A program made the translations under genes and the position numbers. The notes under the pieces are model-generated. The model saw only the letters and a list, made by a program, of their open reading frames with translations. It ran no database searches and had not been told where the DNA came from. Source: Planctomycetota bacterium (GTDB lineage Bacteria > Planctomycetota > B15-G4). From it: a DNA stretch of 64,000 nucleotides. The stretch is from positions 1 through 64,000 of the forward strand of contig JBBQUR010000014.1 of the NCBI GenBank assembly GCA_038212275.1, read 5' to 3'. Shown here one piece after another: positions 9,933-19,293 of this stretch (position 1 is its first letter; every line of letters starts with the position of its first letter).

Positions 9933-10820
9933 ATGGTCAAGCCGCAGCGCATCGTGGTGGGAGTCGACACCGACGGGTCCACGGACAATGCCGTCAGCGT
10001 GGCCATCGAGCTTGCACAGCGCTTTCACGCCGACTTCGAGATGGTGCATGCGGTCCCGTCGGCCGAGCATCGCTCGGCGGAGGTCGCCGCGCGCGAGCTG
10101 GACGCGGCACGCCACACCGTGCGCGTGCACCTGCGGGCTTCGCTCCCGGGCGCCATGTTGCCCTGGCTTTCCGAGGATCACAGGCTGCTCGTGCAAGCCG
10201 GCAATCAGGGTCAGGTGCTGCTGGCGCGCGCGGCGCAACCTGGTGCGGGACTGATCGTCCTCGGCGCGCATCGGCGGCGCGGCCTGCTGGACCTGCGCAG
10301 CACGGCCCAGTATGTGCTGGCCCGAGCCCCGTGCCCCGTGTGGGTGCAGGAAGGCGAGGTCCGCCCCGCGAAGCGCATCCTCGTCCCCGTGGACCTCTCG
10401 GACGAGAGCATGGGCGCGCTGCAACGCGCGTGCCTCTGGGCGCAGCACTTCGGCGCGGAGGTCACGGTGCTGTCGTGCTTCGAGACGCCGGAGTTCTCCT
10501 ATTCGCCGGATGCTCCTTCACCGGGACCGACCTACGTCATCGATCGGGTGCGCGAGGATGCGCGCGCCCACTTCGAGCAGACGATGGCCGCGTTCGAGTG
10601 GGGCGGCGTGAAGCATCAACTCCACTTCGAAGAGTCTCACCCCGTGAGCGCCATTCTCGCCCTGCAGGACACGGTGGACCTGATCATGCTCGGCACGCAC
10701 GGCCGGACGGGGCTTTCGGCCCTGCTGCTGGGAAGCGTGGCCAGCGCCGTGGTGCGCGAGGCACAGGTCCCGGTGGTCACGCTGCGCACCGGCAGCCGCC
10801 GCTGGCTGATGCCGGACTGA
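9933..10820 (+). CDS. Universal stress protein (two USP domains)
   Basis: RIVVGVD..., RILVPVDLS, DLIMLGTHGRTGLSALLLGSVASAVVR. Confidence 0.92.
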   Translation: MVKPQRIVVGVDTDGSTDNAVSVAIELAQRFHADFEMVHAVPSAEHRSAEVAARELDAARHTVRVHLRASLPGAMLPWLSEDHRLLVQAGNQGQVLLARAAQPGAGLIVLGAHRRRGLLDLRSTAQYVLARAPCPVWVQEGEVRPAKRILVPVDLSDESMGALQRACLWAQHFGAEVTVLSCFETPEFSYSPDAPSPGPTYVIDRVREDARAHFEQTMAAFEWGGVKHQLHFEESHPVSAILALQDTVDLIMLGTHGRTGLSALLLGSVASAVVREAQVPVVTLRTGSRRWLMPD

Positions 10821-10825
10821 GGCGC

Positions 10826-11263
10826 ATGGTGGCCCGCACGGCGAACGGAAACCCGTCGGCAGCATCGGACGTCGCACGCGGCGAACTGGCGCGGCTGGCC
10901 GTCGTGTTCGACGACCCGCGCGTGCTCGCCATCGACGTGCGCGCCAGTTCGCGCATGAGCCGCAGCCTGGCGCGCGCATACCTCGACCGCAATGAAGTGC
11001 GCGTGTCGGTGGCGGTGCTGGGCAGCCGGCACCTGCCGGAAATCATGGCGCACGAAGTGGCGCATCTCGTCTGTTACTGGCGGCACGGCCGCACGCGCCC
11101 TCATGGCCGGCAGTGGCAGCAACTCATGATCATGGCCGGAGAGCGGCCGCGCGCGTGCCTCGACCCGATCGACATCCCGAAGCACGTACCGCGACGGCGT
11201 CGGAAGCGGCGTGCGTCGCTCACGTTGCGCCAGGCACGCGCGTTCTTCCGGTCGCTCCTGTGA
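10826..11263 (+). CDS. SprT-like zinc metalloprotease domain protein
   Basis: SSRMSRSLARA, HEVAHL (HExxH), PHGRQWQQLM. Confidence 0.75.
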   Translation: MVARTANGNPSAASDVARGELARLAVVFDDPRVLAIDVRASSRMSRSLARAYLDRNEVRVSVAVLGSRHLPEIMAHEVAHLVCYWRHGRTRPHGRQWQQLMIMAGERPRACLDPIDIPKHVPRRRRKRRASLTLRQARAFFRSLL

Positions 11264-11279
11264 TCCCGGGTCGACTCGG

Positions 11280-11615
11280 ATGACCGGTGGCGAGCCCGAC
11301 TGCATCAGCGTGTACGTGACCGTGGCCGACGCGGCCGCAGCCGAGGCGCTGGGATCGGCGGTCGTCCGCGAGCGCCTGGCGGCCTGCGCCAACATCCTGC
11401 CGGGCATCGTGTCCATCTACGAGTGGCACGGGGAGCTTGCGCGCGACACCGAGGCGGGCCTGCTCCTCAAGACGCGACGCGAGTTGTTCGAGGCGCTCGC
11501 CGCCCGGGTCAAGGCGCTGCACGCCTATGAACTTCCCTGCGTCGTCGCGTGGCCGATCACCGCCGCCAGCGCCGAGTACGTCGCCTGGATCCGAGCCCGG
11601 ACCCTCGGGTCTTGA
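11280..11615 (+). CDS. cutA: Divalent-cation tolerance protein CutA
   Basis: ERLAACANI, SIYEW, LLLKT, LHAYELPC, YVAWI. Confidence 0.92.
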   Translation: MTGGEPDCISVYVTVADAAAAEALGSAVVRERLAACANILPGIVSIYEWHGELARDTEAGLLLKTRRELFEALAARVKALHAYELPCVVAWPITAASAEYVAWIRARTLGS

Positions 11616-11739
11616 CGAGGGCCCGGCTCACACCTCGTAATGCGTGCTCGTAGGCATCGGCTTCAGACCGGCGACCACAGGGAACCCGCGCAACACGGAC
11701 CGCCGCCGGCGCGAGCACGAGGACATTCCGGGAGACTGC

Positions 11740-12744
11740 ATGTCCGCAACGATCGAGATCACGCACCTGACGCGGCGTTTCGGCCCCTTCACGGCCGTGG
11801 ACGACATCTCCTTTTCCGTGAAGGGCGGGGAGGTGCTCGGCTTCCTGGGGCCCAATGGCGCCGGCAAGTCGACCACGATGAAGATGATCACGGGCTTCCT
11901 CCCGCCGACGAGCGGGCGCGTGGTCGTCTGCGGGCACGACGTGCAGGCCAGCCCGCGGAATGCCAAGCGGGTCATCGGCTACCTGCCCGAGGGCGCTCCG
12001 GCGTACCCGGACATGACGCCGACGTCCTTCCTGGAGTTCATCGCCGGCATCCGCGGCTTCTCCGGCGCCGAGGTTGGCCAGCGCGTGCAGCACGCGGCGC
12101 AGCGGGCGGGCCTGGCCGGGGTGATGCACCAGCGCATCGAGACGCTGTCCAAGGGCTTCAAGCGCCGCGTCGGCCTGGCTCAGGCCATCCTCCACGATCC
12201 GCCGGTGCTCATCATGGACGAGCCGACCGACGGCCTCGACCCGAACCAGAAGCACGAGGTCCGCACGCTCATCCGCGAGATGGCGCAGGACAAGGTGATC
12301 ATTCTCTCGACGCACATCCTCGAGGAGGTGCACGCCGTGTGCACGCGCGCCATCGTCATCGCCGCAGGCAGGCTGCTTGTGGACGGGACCCCGGCCGAGC
12401 TGGAAGCGCGCTCGCCGCGGCACAACGCGGTGCTGCTCACGTTGTCGGCTGCCTCCGGCATCCGGGCGGCGGATGAGTTGACCGCGCTCCCGGGCGTCGC
12501 CCGCGTCGAGATGCTGCCTGCCACCGAGGGCCGGCTGCGGCTGCGCGTGCTGCCGACGACCGGTCGCCTCATCGCCGACGTGGTGGCGCGGCACGCGCGT
12601 GAACACGGCTGGGCCGTCGACGAGTTGTCGGTGGAGCGCGGCGCGCTCGATGACGTCTTCCGCCAGATCACCGGCGGAGCCGTGCGGGACGAGCGGGGCG
12701 CATCCGCCGCACCGGCAGGAATCGCCGGGGGAGGCACGCGATGA
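11740..12744 (+). CDS. ABC transporter ATP-binding protein (GldA-like)
   Basis: GPNGAGKST, LSKGFKRRVGLAQA, MDEPTDGLDP. Confidence 0.93.
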   Translation: MSATIEITHLTRRFGPFTAVDDISFSVKGGEVLGFLGPNGAGKSTTMKMITGFLPPTSGRVVVCGHDVQASPRNAKRVIGYLPEGAPAYPDMTPTSFLEFIAGIRGFSGAEVGQRVQHAAQRAGLAGVMHQRIETLSKGFKRRVGLAQAILHDPPVLIMDEPTDGLDPNQKHEVRTLIREMAQDKVIILSTHILEEVHAVCTRAIVIAAGRLLVDGTPAELEARSPRHNAVLLTLSAASGIRAADELTALPGVARVEMLPATEGRLRLRVLPTTGRLIADVVARHAREHGWAVDELSVERGALDDVFRQITGGAVRDERGASAAPAGIAGGGTR

Positions 12745-13475
12745 GAAACACGCTGGTCATCTTCAAGCGCGAGCTGACGGGCTACTTCGCCACGCCCGTT
12801 GCCTACGTCTTCCTTGTCATCTTCCTGCTGCTCGCCGGCATGATGACCTTCTTCGCGGGGGGCATGTTCGAACGCGGACAGGCCGACCTGCAGCCCTTCT
12901 TCTCGTTTCACCCGTGGCTGTATCTCTTTCTCGTGCCGGCCATTTCGATGCGCCTGTGGGCCGAGGAGCGCAAGTCCGGGACGATTGAACTCCTGCTGAC
13001 GCTGCCGATCTCGATGACCGAGGCGGTGCTGGGCAAATTCCTTGCCGCGTGGTGCTTCACCGGCATCGCCCTGCTGCTGACTTTTCCGATGTGGCTCACG
13101 GTGAACTTCCTCGGCTCGCCCGACAACGGTGTCATCGTCGCGAGCTACATCGGCAGCCTGCTCATGGCGGGCGGGTACCTCGCCATCGGAGCGTGCATCT
13201 CGGCCCTCACGCGCAACCAGGTCATCGCCTTCGTGATTTCCGTGGCCGTCTGCTTCATCTTCGTGATGGCCGGATATCCGCTCGTCGTCGGCCTGCTCAA
13301 AGGCTGGGCTCCGCAGGGGCTCGTCGGCGTCGTGGCTTCGCTCGGATTCCTGACGCACTTCGACGCCATCACCAAGGGCGTCATCGATCTGGGTGATCTC
13401 GTCTTCTTCGTCTCGCTGATGGCATTCTTCCTCTTCGCCAACGCGGTGGTCCTCGACCTCCGCAAGGCCGAGTGA
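12741..13475 (+). CDS. ABC-2 permease (GldF-like)
   Basis: RELTGYFATPVAY, MRLWAEERKSGTIELLLTLP; 6 TM; ATGA overlap. Confidence 0.92.
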   Translation: MRNTLVIFKRELTGYFATPVAYVFLVIFLLLAGMMTFFAGGMFERGQADLQPFFSFHPWLYLFLVPAISMRLWAEERKSGTIELLLTLPISMTEAVLGKFLAAWCFTGIALLLTFPMWLTVNFLGSPDNGVIVASYIGSLLMAGGYLAIGACISALTRNQVIAFVISVAVCFIFVMAGYPLVVGLLKGWAPQGLVGVVASLGFLTHFDAITKGVIDLGDLVFFVSLMAFFLFANAVVLDLRKAE

Positions 13476-13492
13476 CCGGGAGCAAGGGGCAC

Positions 13493-15424
13493 ATGAATCG
13501 CACGCTGCTCGGCACCGGCGGACTTCTCGTCGCGCTGGTTCTTTTCCTGCTGGTCAACGCCTTCTCGAGCAAGGTGCTCACGGGCACGCGCCTCGACCTC
13601 ACGGCGAACCGGCTTTACACGCTGTCGGACGGCAGCCGTCGCATCGTGGGCTCGCTCGACGAGCCCATGACCATGCGCTTCTACTACAGCGACCGGCTGA
13701 CCGCAGACCTGCCGCAGATCCGTTCCTATGCGGAACGCGTGCGTGGCCTGCTGCGCGAGTTCGTCGCGGCGTCCGACGGCAAGTTGAGCCTGACCGAAGT
13801 GGACCCCGAACCGTTCACCGAGACTGAGGACGCGGCCGTGGAGGCCGGCGTGCAGGGCGTTCAGATCAAGGAAGGCTCGGGAGAACTGCTGTACTTCGGG
13901 CTCGTCGCCAGCGGCTCGCTCGACGAGCGCGCAATCATCCCGTTCTTCGATCCGCGCAAGGAGCAGTCGCTCGAATACGACATCGCCAAGCTGGTCTCCA
14001 CGCTCGGAACGCCGGACCGGCCCGTGCTGGGAGTGATTTCTTCCCTGCCGCTCGACGGCAGGCCTGCCATGCAGTTCCCCGGCGCTCCGCCGGCCGTCCC
14101 GCCATGGTTCATCCTCGAGCAGATCCGGCAGACTTTCGACGTGCGCCCGCTTGATGGCGACGAACTCGCGATTCCGACCGACTGCAAGCTGCTCATGGTG
14201 GTGCACCCCAAGCACCTGCCGCCGCGCTCCCTCTACGCGATCGATCAATTCGTGCTGAAGGGAGGCCACGCGCTGGTCTTCGCCGATCCGTTCTGCGAGG
14301 CCGACAAGCCCATGGACGACCCGTCCAATCCGATGGCTCGCTACATGGCCGAGCGCAAGAGCGACCTGGAGCCGCTGTACAAGGCGTGGGGCGTGCGCAT
14401 GGTGCCCGACATGCTGGCAGCCGACAGGCAGGCTGGACTCAAGGTCCAGTTCGGCGATCCGTCGAGGCCCGAGTCGGTGAACTACGTGCTGTGGCTGGAC
14501 CTGCCGCGAACGGCCTTCGATGCCGATGACCTCGTCACGGGCCAGATCGGAAACATGAGATTCGCGGCAGCGGGAGTGCTGGAACAGCTCCCGGGTGCGA
14601 CGACGACCTTCGTTCCGCTGGTGCAGACGGGCCTGGAATCGATGCAGGTTCCGTCGTCGGCCATCCAGTTCCAACCCGATCCGAAGAAGCTGCTTGCGAC
14701 CTTCGTTCCCACCAACACGTCCCTCACGCTGGCGGCGCGAGTGAGCGGGCCGGCCAGCACGGCGTTTCCAGAGGGCCGCCCGGCTGCCGGACCGCCGGAA
14801 CCGACGGAGGATGGCTCGCCGCCGCCGCCGGCGGATGATTCGCCCGACGAGGGCTTCGTCGCGGAGTCGCAGGCGCCCATCAACGTGATCCTCGTCGCGG
14901 ACGTGGATCTGCTGCAGGACCAGTGGTGGGTGCAGGTGCAGAACTTCTTCGGCACCCGCCTGGCCAACGCGACCTCGGGCAACGGCGACTTCGTGATCAA
15001 TGCGCTGGACAATCTGTCGGGCAGCAACGACCTCATCAGCGTGCGCAGCCGGCACGGCTTCGCGCGCCCCTTCGAGCGGGTCGAGGCGCTCAAGCGCGAG
15101 GCAGACCAGCGCTTCCTCTCCAAGGAGCAGGAGCTGCAGGACAAGCTGACCGCGACGGAACAGCGCATCAACGAGCTGCAGACCCAGAAGCAGGATGGCA
15201 GCAGCCTGATCCTCAGTCCGGAACAGCGCACCGAGATCGAGCGATTCCGCGCCGAACAGGTGGCCACGCGCAAGGAGCTGCGCGACGTGCAGCACGACCT
15301 GCGCAAGGGCATCGACGACCTGGAGACACGCATCAAGTTCATCAACATCGGGCTCGTGCCGCTGCTGCTCGGTGTCGTGGCCGTGGCCCTTGGCAGCTGG
15401 CGCAGCCGTCGTCGGAGGGATTGA
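13493..15424 (+). CDS. GldG-like ABC auxiliary component
   Basis: RLDLTANRLYTLS, LEYDIAKLV, YAIDQFVLKGG, NGDFVINALDNL, coiled coil and C-terminal TM. Confidence 0.9.
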   Translation: MNRTLLGTGGLLVALVLFLLVNAFSSKVLTGTRLDLTANRLYTLSDGSRRIVGSLDEPMTMRFYYSDRLTADLPQIRSYAERVRGLLREFVAASDGKLSLTEVDPEPFTETEDAAVEAGVQGVQIKEGSGELLYFGLVASGSLDERAIIPFFDPRKEQSLEYDIAKLVSTLGTPDRPVLGVISSLPLDGRPAMQFPGAPPAVPPWFILEQIRQTFDVRPLDGDELAIPTDCKLLMVVHPKHLPPRSLYAIDQFVLKGGHALVFADPFCEADKPMDDPSNPMARYMAERKSDLEPLYKAWGVRMVPDMLAADRQAGLKVQFGDPSRPESVNYVLWLDLPRTAFDADDLVTGQIGNMRFAAAGVLEQLPGATTTFVPLVQTGLESMQVPSSAIQFQPDPKKLLATFVPTNTSLTLAARVSGPASTAFPEGRPAAGPPEPTEDGSPPPPADDSPDEGFVAESQAPINVILVADVDLLQDQWWVQVQNFFGTRLANATSGNGDFVINALDNLSGSNDLISVRSRHGFARPFERVEALKREADQRFLSKEQELQDKLTATEQRINELQTQKQDGSSLILSPEQRTEIERFRAEQVATRKELRDVQHDLRKGIDDLETRIKFINIGLVPLLLGVVAVALGSWRSRRRRD

Positions 15425-15426
15425 TC

Positions 15427-16740
15427 GTGCGAGGCAAGACGCTTCTCATCCTGCTGGCGCTGGTGGCCGTGGCGGCGGGAGCACTCGTCCTGTTCGACAC
15501 GTCGACCGCGCCCGTCGACGGCGCCACGCAGGCGCGCCTCGGGCAGCCGGTGTTTCCGGGCCTGAAGGACAGGCTCAATGACGTGACCGCGATCAGCGTG
15601 AGCAGCGCCGAGGGCCAGATCCGCGTCGTTCGTGACGGAACGGAATGGCACGTCGCGGCCAAGGACGGCTATCCCGCGAACTTCGACGCGGTGCGCCGCA
15701 CGTTGATCGCCACCTCGGATCTCGTCGTGCTGGAAGCGAGGACCACGAAGCCGGAACTCTTCGTCAAACTGGGCGTCGAGGATCCCGCCGCCGCCGGAGC
15801 GACCTCCACGCTGCTCACGCTGCAGGGTGCCGACGGCGCACCCGTCGCCTCGCTCGTCGTCGGCAAGCCGGGGCCGGGGCATGACACGCTCTACGTCCGC
15901 CGCGCCACCGAAAACAGCTCGTGGCTTGCCCGTGGTCCGCTCGACGTGCCGCGCGAGCCGAACGAATGGATCGACCTGCACCTGCCGAAGCTGGCGATCA
16001 ACCGCGTGAAGTCCGTCACGGTCACGCACGCCGACGGCGATGTGGTCACCGTCGCCCGCGAGAAGGCGGACGACGCGATCTGGGCCGTGCAGGAGATGGG
16101 CGAAGGCATGCAGCCCAGCTCGCCCACGGTGGGGCGCGTGCTCGCAGCCGCGCTCGAATCCGTCGACTTCGAGGACGTGCGAGCCGCCGCCACCGCGCCA
16201 CTGACCGGCGACGACCAGGCCGTGACCGTCTTCACCACCTTTGACGGCCTCCAGCTGACCGCGACCAGCGCCGTCGCGGATGGCAAGACGTGGTTCACCA
16301 TGGCAGCGAGCAAGCTCGACATGCCATCGGAGCCTGCGCCCGATACGGATGCCGCCTCCAGCGGCGACGATGCCGCCGACGCCGCTGCGAAGACGGCCGC
16401 TGAAGCAGCCGTCGCGACGGAGGCCGAGGACCTGAACGCTCGTCTGTCGCCTTGGGTCTTCGCGCTGGCCGACTATCGCGCGGTCAACCTGCGCAAGCAC
16501 AAGTCCGATCTCGTGCAACCCGCGCCGCCACCGGAAGAGTCCGGCCCGGGTGTCATCGAACAGGGAGACATCGGCTTCCCGGCACTCGACGACGGCAGCG
16601 ACCCCGCTGGCCAGTCGGGGGATGCCGGCGACACACCCCACGACGACGCGGCCCAGGCCGGCGCGCCCGATGGCGTACCGCCCCTCGGTCCCGCCGAGGG
16701 AGCAGAGGTTCCGAACTCCGGCGACGACACGCCGCGCTGA
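15427..16740 (+). CDS. DUF4340 domain protein
   Basis: N-terminal TM, W..AAKDGYPAN, LGVEDP, LVVGK..LYVRR; typical fourth gene of gldA/F/G-like clusters; acidic tail. Confidence 0.85.
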   Translation: MRGKTLLILLALVAVAAGALVLFDTSTAPVDGATQARLGQPVFPGLKDRLNDVTAISVSSAEGQIRVVRDGTEWHVAAKDGYPANFDAVRRTLIATSDLVVLEARTTKPELFVKLGVEDPAAAGATSTLLTLQGADGAPVASLVVGKPGPGHDTLYVRRATENSSWLARGPLDVPREPNEWIDLHLPKLAINRVKSVTVTHADGDVVTVAREKADDAIWAVQEMGEGMQPSSPTVGRVLAAALESVDFEDVRAAATAPLTGDDQAVTVFTTFDGLQLTATSAVADGKTWFTMAASKLDMPSEPAPDTDAASSGDDAADAAAKTAAEAAVATEAEDLNARLSPWVFALADYRAVNLRKHKSDLVQPAPPPEESGPGVIEQGDIGFPALDDGSDPAGQSGDAGDTPHDDAAQAGAPDGVPPLGPAEGAEVPNSGDDTPR

Positions 16741-16800
16741 GTCGCGCAAGCACCGCGGAACTCGGCGCGCGGTGAGAGGCCGAGCAGTGGCCGTCGCGGC

Positions 16801-17481
16801 TCAGCCGCCTTCGCGCGACACGAGCTTGCGCACGACTCCATCCTCGAAACGCGCCACCTCACGCGCCGGAACGCCCGCCACCAGCGTGTGAGGCGGCACG
16901 TCGCGTACGACGACGGACCCGGCCGCCACCACCGAGCCGGTCCCGATACGCACGCCCTTGAGCACCGTGGCGCGCACGGCGATCCACACGTCGTCCTCGA
17001 TGATGATGGGGGCGGGAGGATCCGGCTTGTCGCGATCGATCAGGCCGTGAAAGTCGCTGTCCATGATGACCACGTGGTTGGCGATCTGGCAGCGGCGGCC
17101 GATGGAGACCAGCACGCGTGCCGACACGGACGTGCCCGTGTTGATGAACGTTCCCGCGCCGACGAGGAGTCGCGCGCCCGGGCCTGCCGACAACTGCGTG
17201 CGCTGCAGGTGCGACCAGATGGACACACCGTCGCCGAGCACGATCTCGCCGCGCCCCTCGACGAGCGGCCGGCCCCGCGTGCGCACCAGGCGGCCGAGGC
17301 GGCAGCGGCGCAGGCACCACTGCGCGCTGGCCACGCGCCAGGCGGCCGTGATCACGCGTTGGACGCCGTCCAGCGCGAGCGCGAGAGGAGCGGGCAGCAC
17401 GCCGCGCCTCGACGCCTCCTGCCGCGAGAGCGCGGAGAGCTCGTCGGCGAGTCGTGCATGCAGCTCGCGCGGGTCATTCAT
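16801..17481 (-). CDS. Hexapeptide-repeat (LbH) acyltransferase
   Basis: IMDSDFH, PIIIEDDVWI, VLKGVRIG, VAAGSVV, LVAGVPA. Confidence 0.88.
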   Translation of the reverse strand: MNDPRELHARLADELSALSRQEASRRGVLPAPLALALDGVQRVITAAWRVASAQWCLRRCRLGRLVRTRGRPLVEGRGEIVLGDGVSIWSHLQRTQLSAGPGARLLVGAGTFINTGTSVSARVLVSIGRRCQIANHVVIMDSDFHGLIDRDKPDPPAPIIIEDDVWIAVRATVLKGVRIGTGSVVAAGSVVVRDVPPHTLVAGVPAREVARFEDGVVRKLVSREGG

Positions 17482-18515
17482 GCGACGGACACCCTGCCGG
17501 AGGCCGGCGTCGACGGCGTCACGGGAGTCGAAGGCTTCGAGCCGGATACCGGAGCGTCCGTGACGTGCCGCACCAGTCGCTCCAGGGTCGAGATCCAGAT
17601 GGGGTGATCGTTGAGGCAGCTCGCCAGCAGCAGCTCGCGGCCGCCCGCCTCAACGAAGCTGCGAGCGAGCACGTTTCCGATTTCATCGAGTGTCTCGAGG
17701 CAGTCGGCCGTGAATCCCGGGCAGGAGACGAGCACGCGCGGTGCGCTGCGCGCCAGGGCAGGCACGGCGACGTCCGCGTACGGCTGCAGCCACGGCGCCG
17801 GGCCGAAGCGCGACTGGAAGACGAGCGTCCAGCGCGCCGGCGTCAACTGCAGCCTCTCGGCGAGCGCTCGAGCGGTCGCCTCGCAGTGCGTTCGATAGGG
17901 GTCTCCGCGGTCCACCTGCTTCTGCGGCAGCCCGTGAAAGCTGAACACGACGTGGTCGACGCTGTCGAGCGGCGCGCGTTCGACGAGCCGCGCCGCCAGC
18001 GCATCGATGTAGTCAGGCGCGGCGGGGAAGGGCTCCACGAACGCGGGGGTCAACCGCGAGCCGACGCGTACGAGCGCCGCCGGCACTTCTGCCCGGATCG
18101 AGCCGACCGTCGCCTCCGCGTACTGCGGAAACATCGGCACGACGACCAGGCGCGTGGCGCCAGCCGCTGCCAGCTCGCGCAGGCCCGCATCGATGGAGGG
18201 TTCGCCGTAGCGCATCGCGATCGACACGGCGAATCCGTCGCCGAGCCGTTCGCGCAGCAGGGACGCCTGCCGGCGACTGGTCGCCAGCAGAGGCGGGCCC
18301 TGATCCGTCCACACGCGTCGGTACAACTCGGCGGATCGGGGAGCGCGCAGCGGCACGATCACGCCATTGAGAAGAGGCCACCAGAACACGCGCGGCAGAT
18401 CGACCACGCGCCTGTCGGACAGGAATTGCCGAAGATAGGCCCGCAGCGCCGCAGGCGTGGGGGCCGAGGGTGATCCGAGGTTGACGAGCAGCACGCCGAC
18501 GAGCGGGTGCCCCAC
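17478..18515 (-). CDS. hemH: Ferrochelatase
   Basis: VLLVNLGSP, YLRQFLSDRRV, AMRYGEP, FSFHGLP, FQSRFG..WLQP, FTADCLETLDEI. Confidence 0.96.
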   Translation of the reverse strand: MGHPLVGVLLVNLGSPSAPTPAALRAYLRQFLSDRRVVDLPRVFWWPLLNGVIVPLRAPRSAELYRRVWTDQGPPLLATSRRQASLLRERLGDGFAVSIAMRYGEPSIDAGLRELAAAGATRLVVVPMFPQYAEATVGSIRAEVPAALVRVGSRLTPAFVEPFPAAPDYIDALAARLVERAPLDSVDHVVFSFHGLPQKQVDRGDPYRTHCEATARALAERLQLTPARWTLVFQSRFGPAPWLQPYADVAVPALARSAPRVLVSCPGFTADCLETLDEIGNVLARSFVEAGGRELLLASCLNDHPIWISTLERLVRHVTDAPVSGSKPSTPVTPSTPASGRVSVA

Positions 18516-18521
18516 GCGGAC

Positions 18522-19094
18522 TCAGTTCAGGATCGCGAGGAAGGCCTGATTCCTCTGCCTGTCCGGCGGCAGGATCAACGGGGCCATGAAACCGCCGGTG
18601 AGCACGGCCGCGAGTTCTTCGGCACTTCGGTCTCTGCGGAACTCGCCCAGAGCCTGACCTTCGCGAACGATGTCGGCGAGCATGGACTCGAGCTGGCGTC
18701 CGAAAACGGCGACCGAGGCCTCGATCTCGGGATGCACTTCGCGCAACTCGGCGGCCGTGCGGAAGCCGAAGCATCCCTGGCGCAGCATGCGCTGCCAGAA
18801 GGCGTCGGGGCAGTCGGGGTTGCGGAGGTCCATGAGCTGCTGGATGCGCTCGCGCGGCGTGCCCGGGCCCACGAGCGGCGCACGCAGGCGCTCGACGGTC
18901 TCGCTGCAGTAGCGCTGCAAGGCAGCCTTCAGGAGTCCGTACTTGTTGCCGTAGCGCGCATACAGGCTGTGACGATTGAGACCGGTGCCGCGCACGAGAT
19001 CATTGACGCTCACGGCCTGGTAGCCGCGGCGCCAGAAGATGTCGATGGCGCGGGCCAGGGCAGCATCCGGGTCGTAACTGATGGGTCGTGCCAT
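18522..19094 (-). CDS. TetR/AcrR family transcriptional regulator
   Basis: MARP.YD...FWRRGYQAVSVNDLVRGTGLNRHSLYARYGNK HTH. Confidence 0.92.
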   Translation of the reverse strand: MARPISYDPDAALARAIDIFWRRGYQAVSVNDLVRGTGLNRHSLYARYGNKYGLLKAALQRYCSETVERLRAPLVGPGTPRERIQQLMDLRNPDCPDAFWQRMLRQGCFGFRTAAELREVHPEIEASVAVFGRQLESMLADIVREGQALGEFRRDRSAEELAAVLTGGFMAPLILPPDRQRNQAFLAILN

Positions 19095-19293
19095 GTCGTG
19101 GTCAGCCTGGTAGGGGAGTGCGGCGGTGCGAGGAATCCGCGGGTCTCTCTCAACCGCAACGACGAGTCTACAGGGGAAGGCGCTGTTGCTCCACTTCGGC
19201 CATGTCGCTCCCCTGACTGGCGGCCCACTTCCGGTAGACTGCGGAACCCGATGTCCGAGGCATCTCGGCTCCCCCCGAACAACAGGTGCAAGG

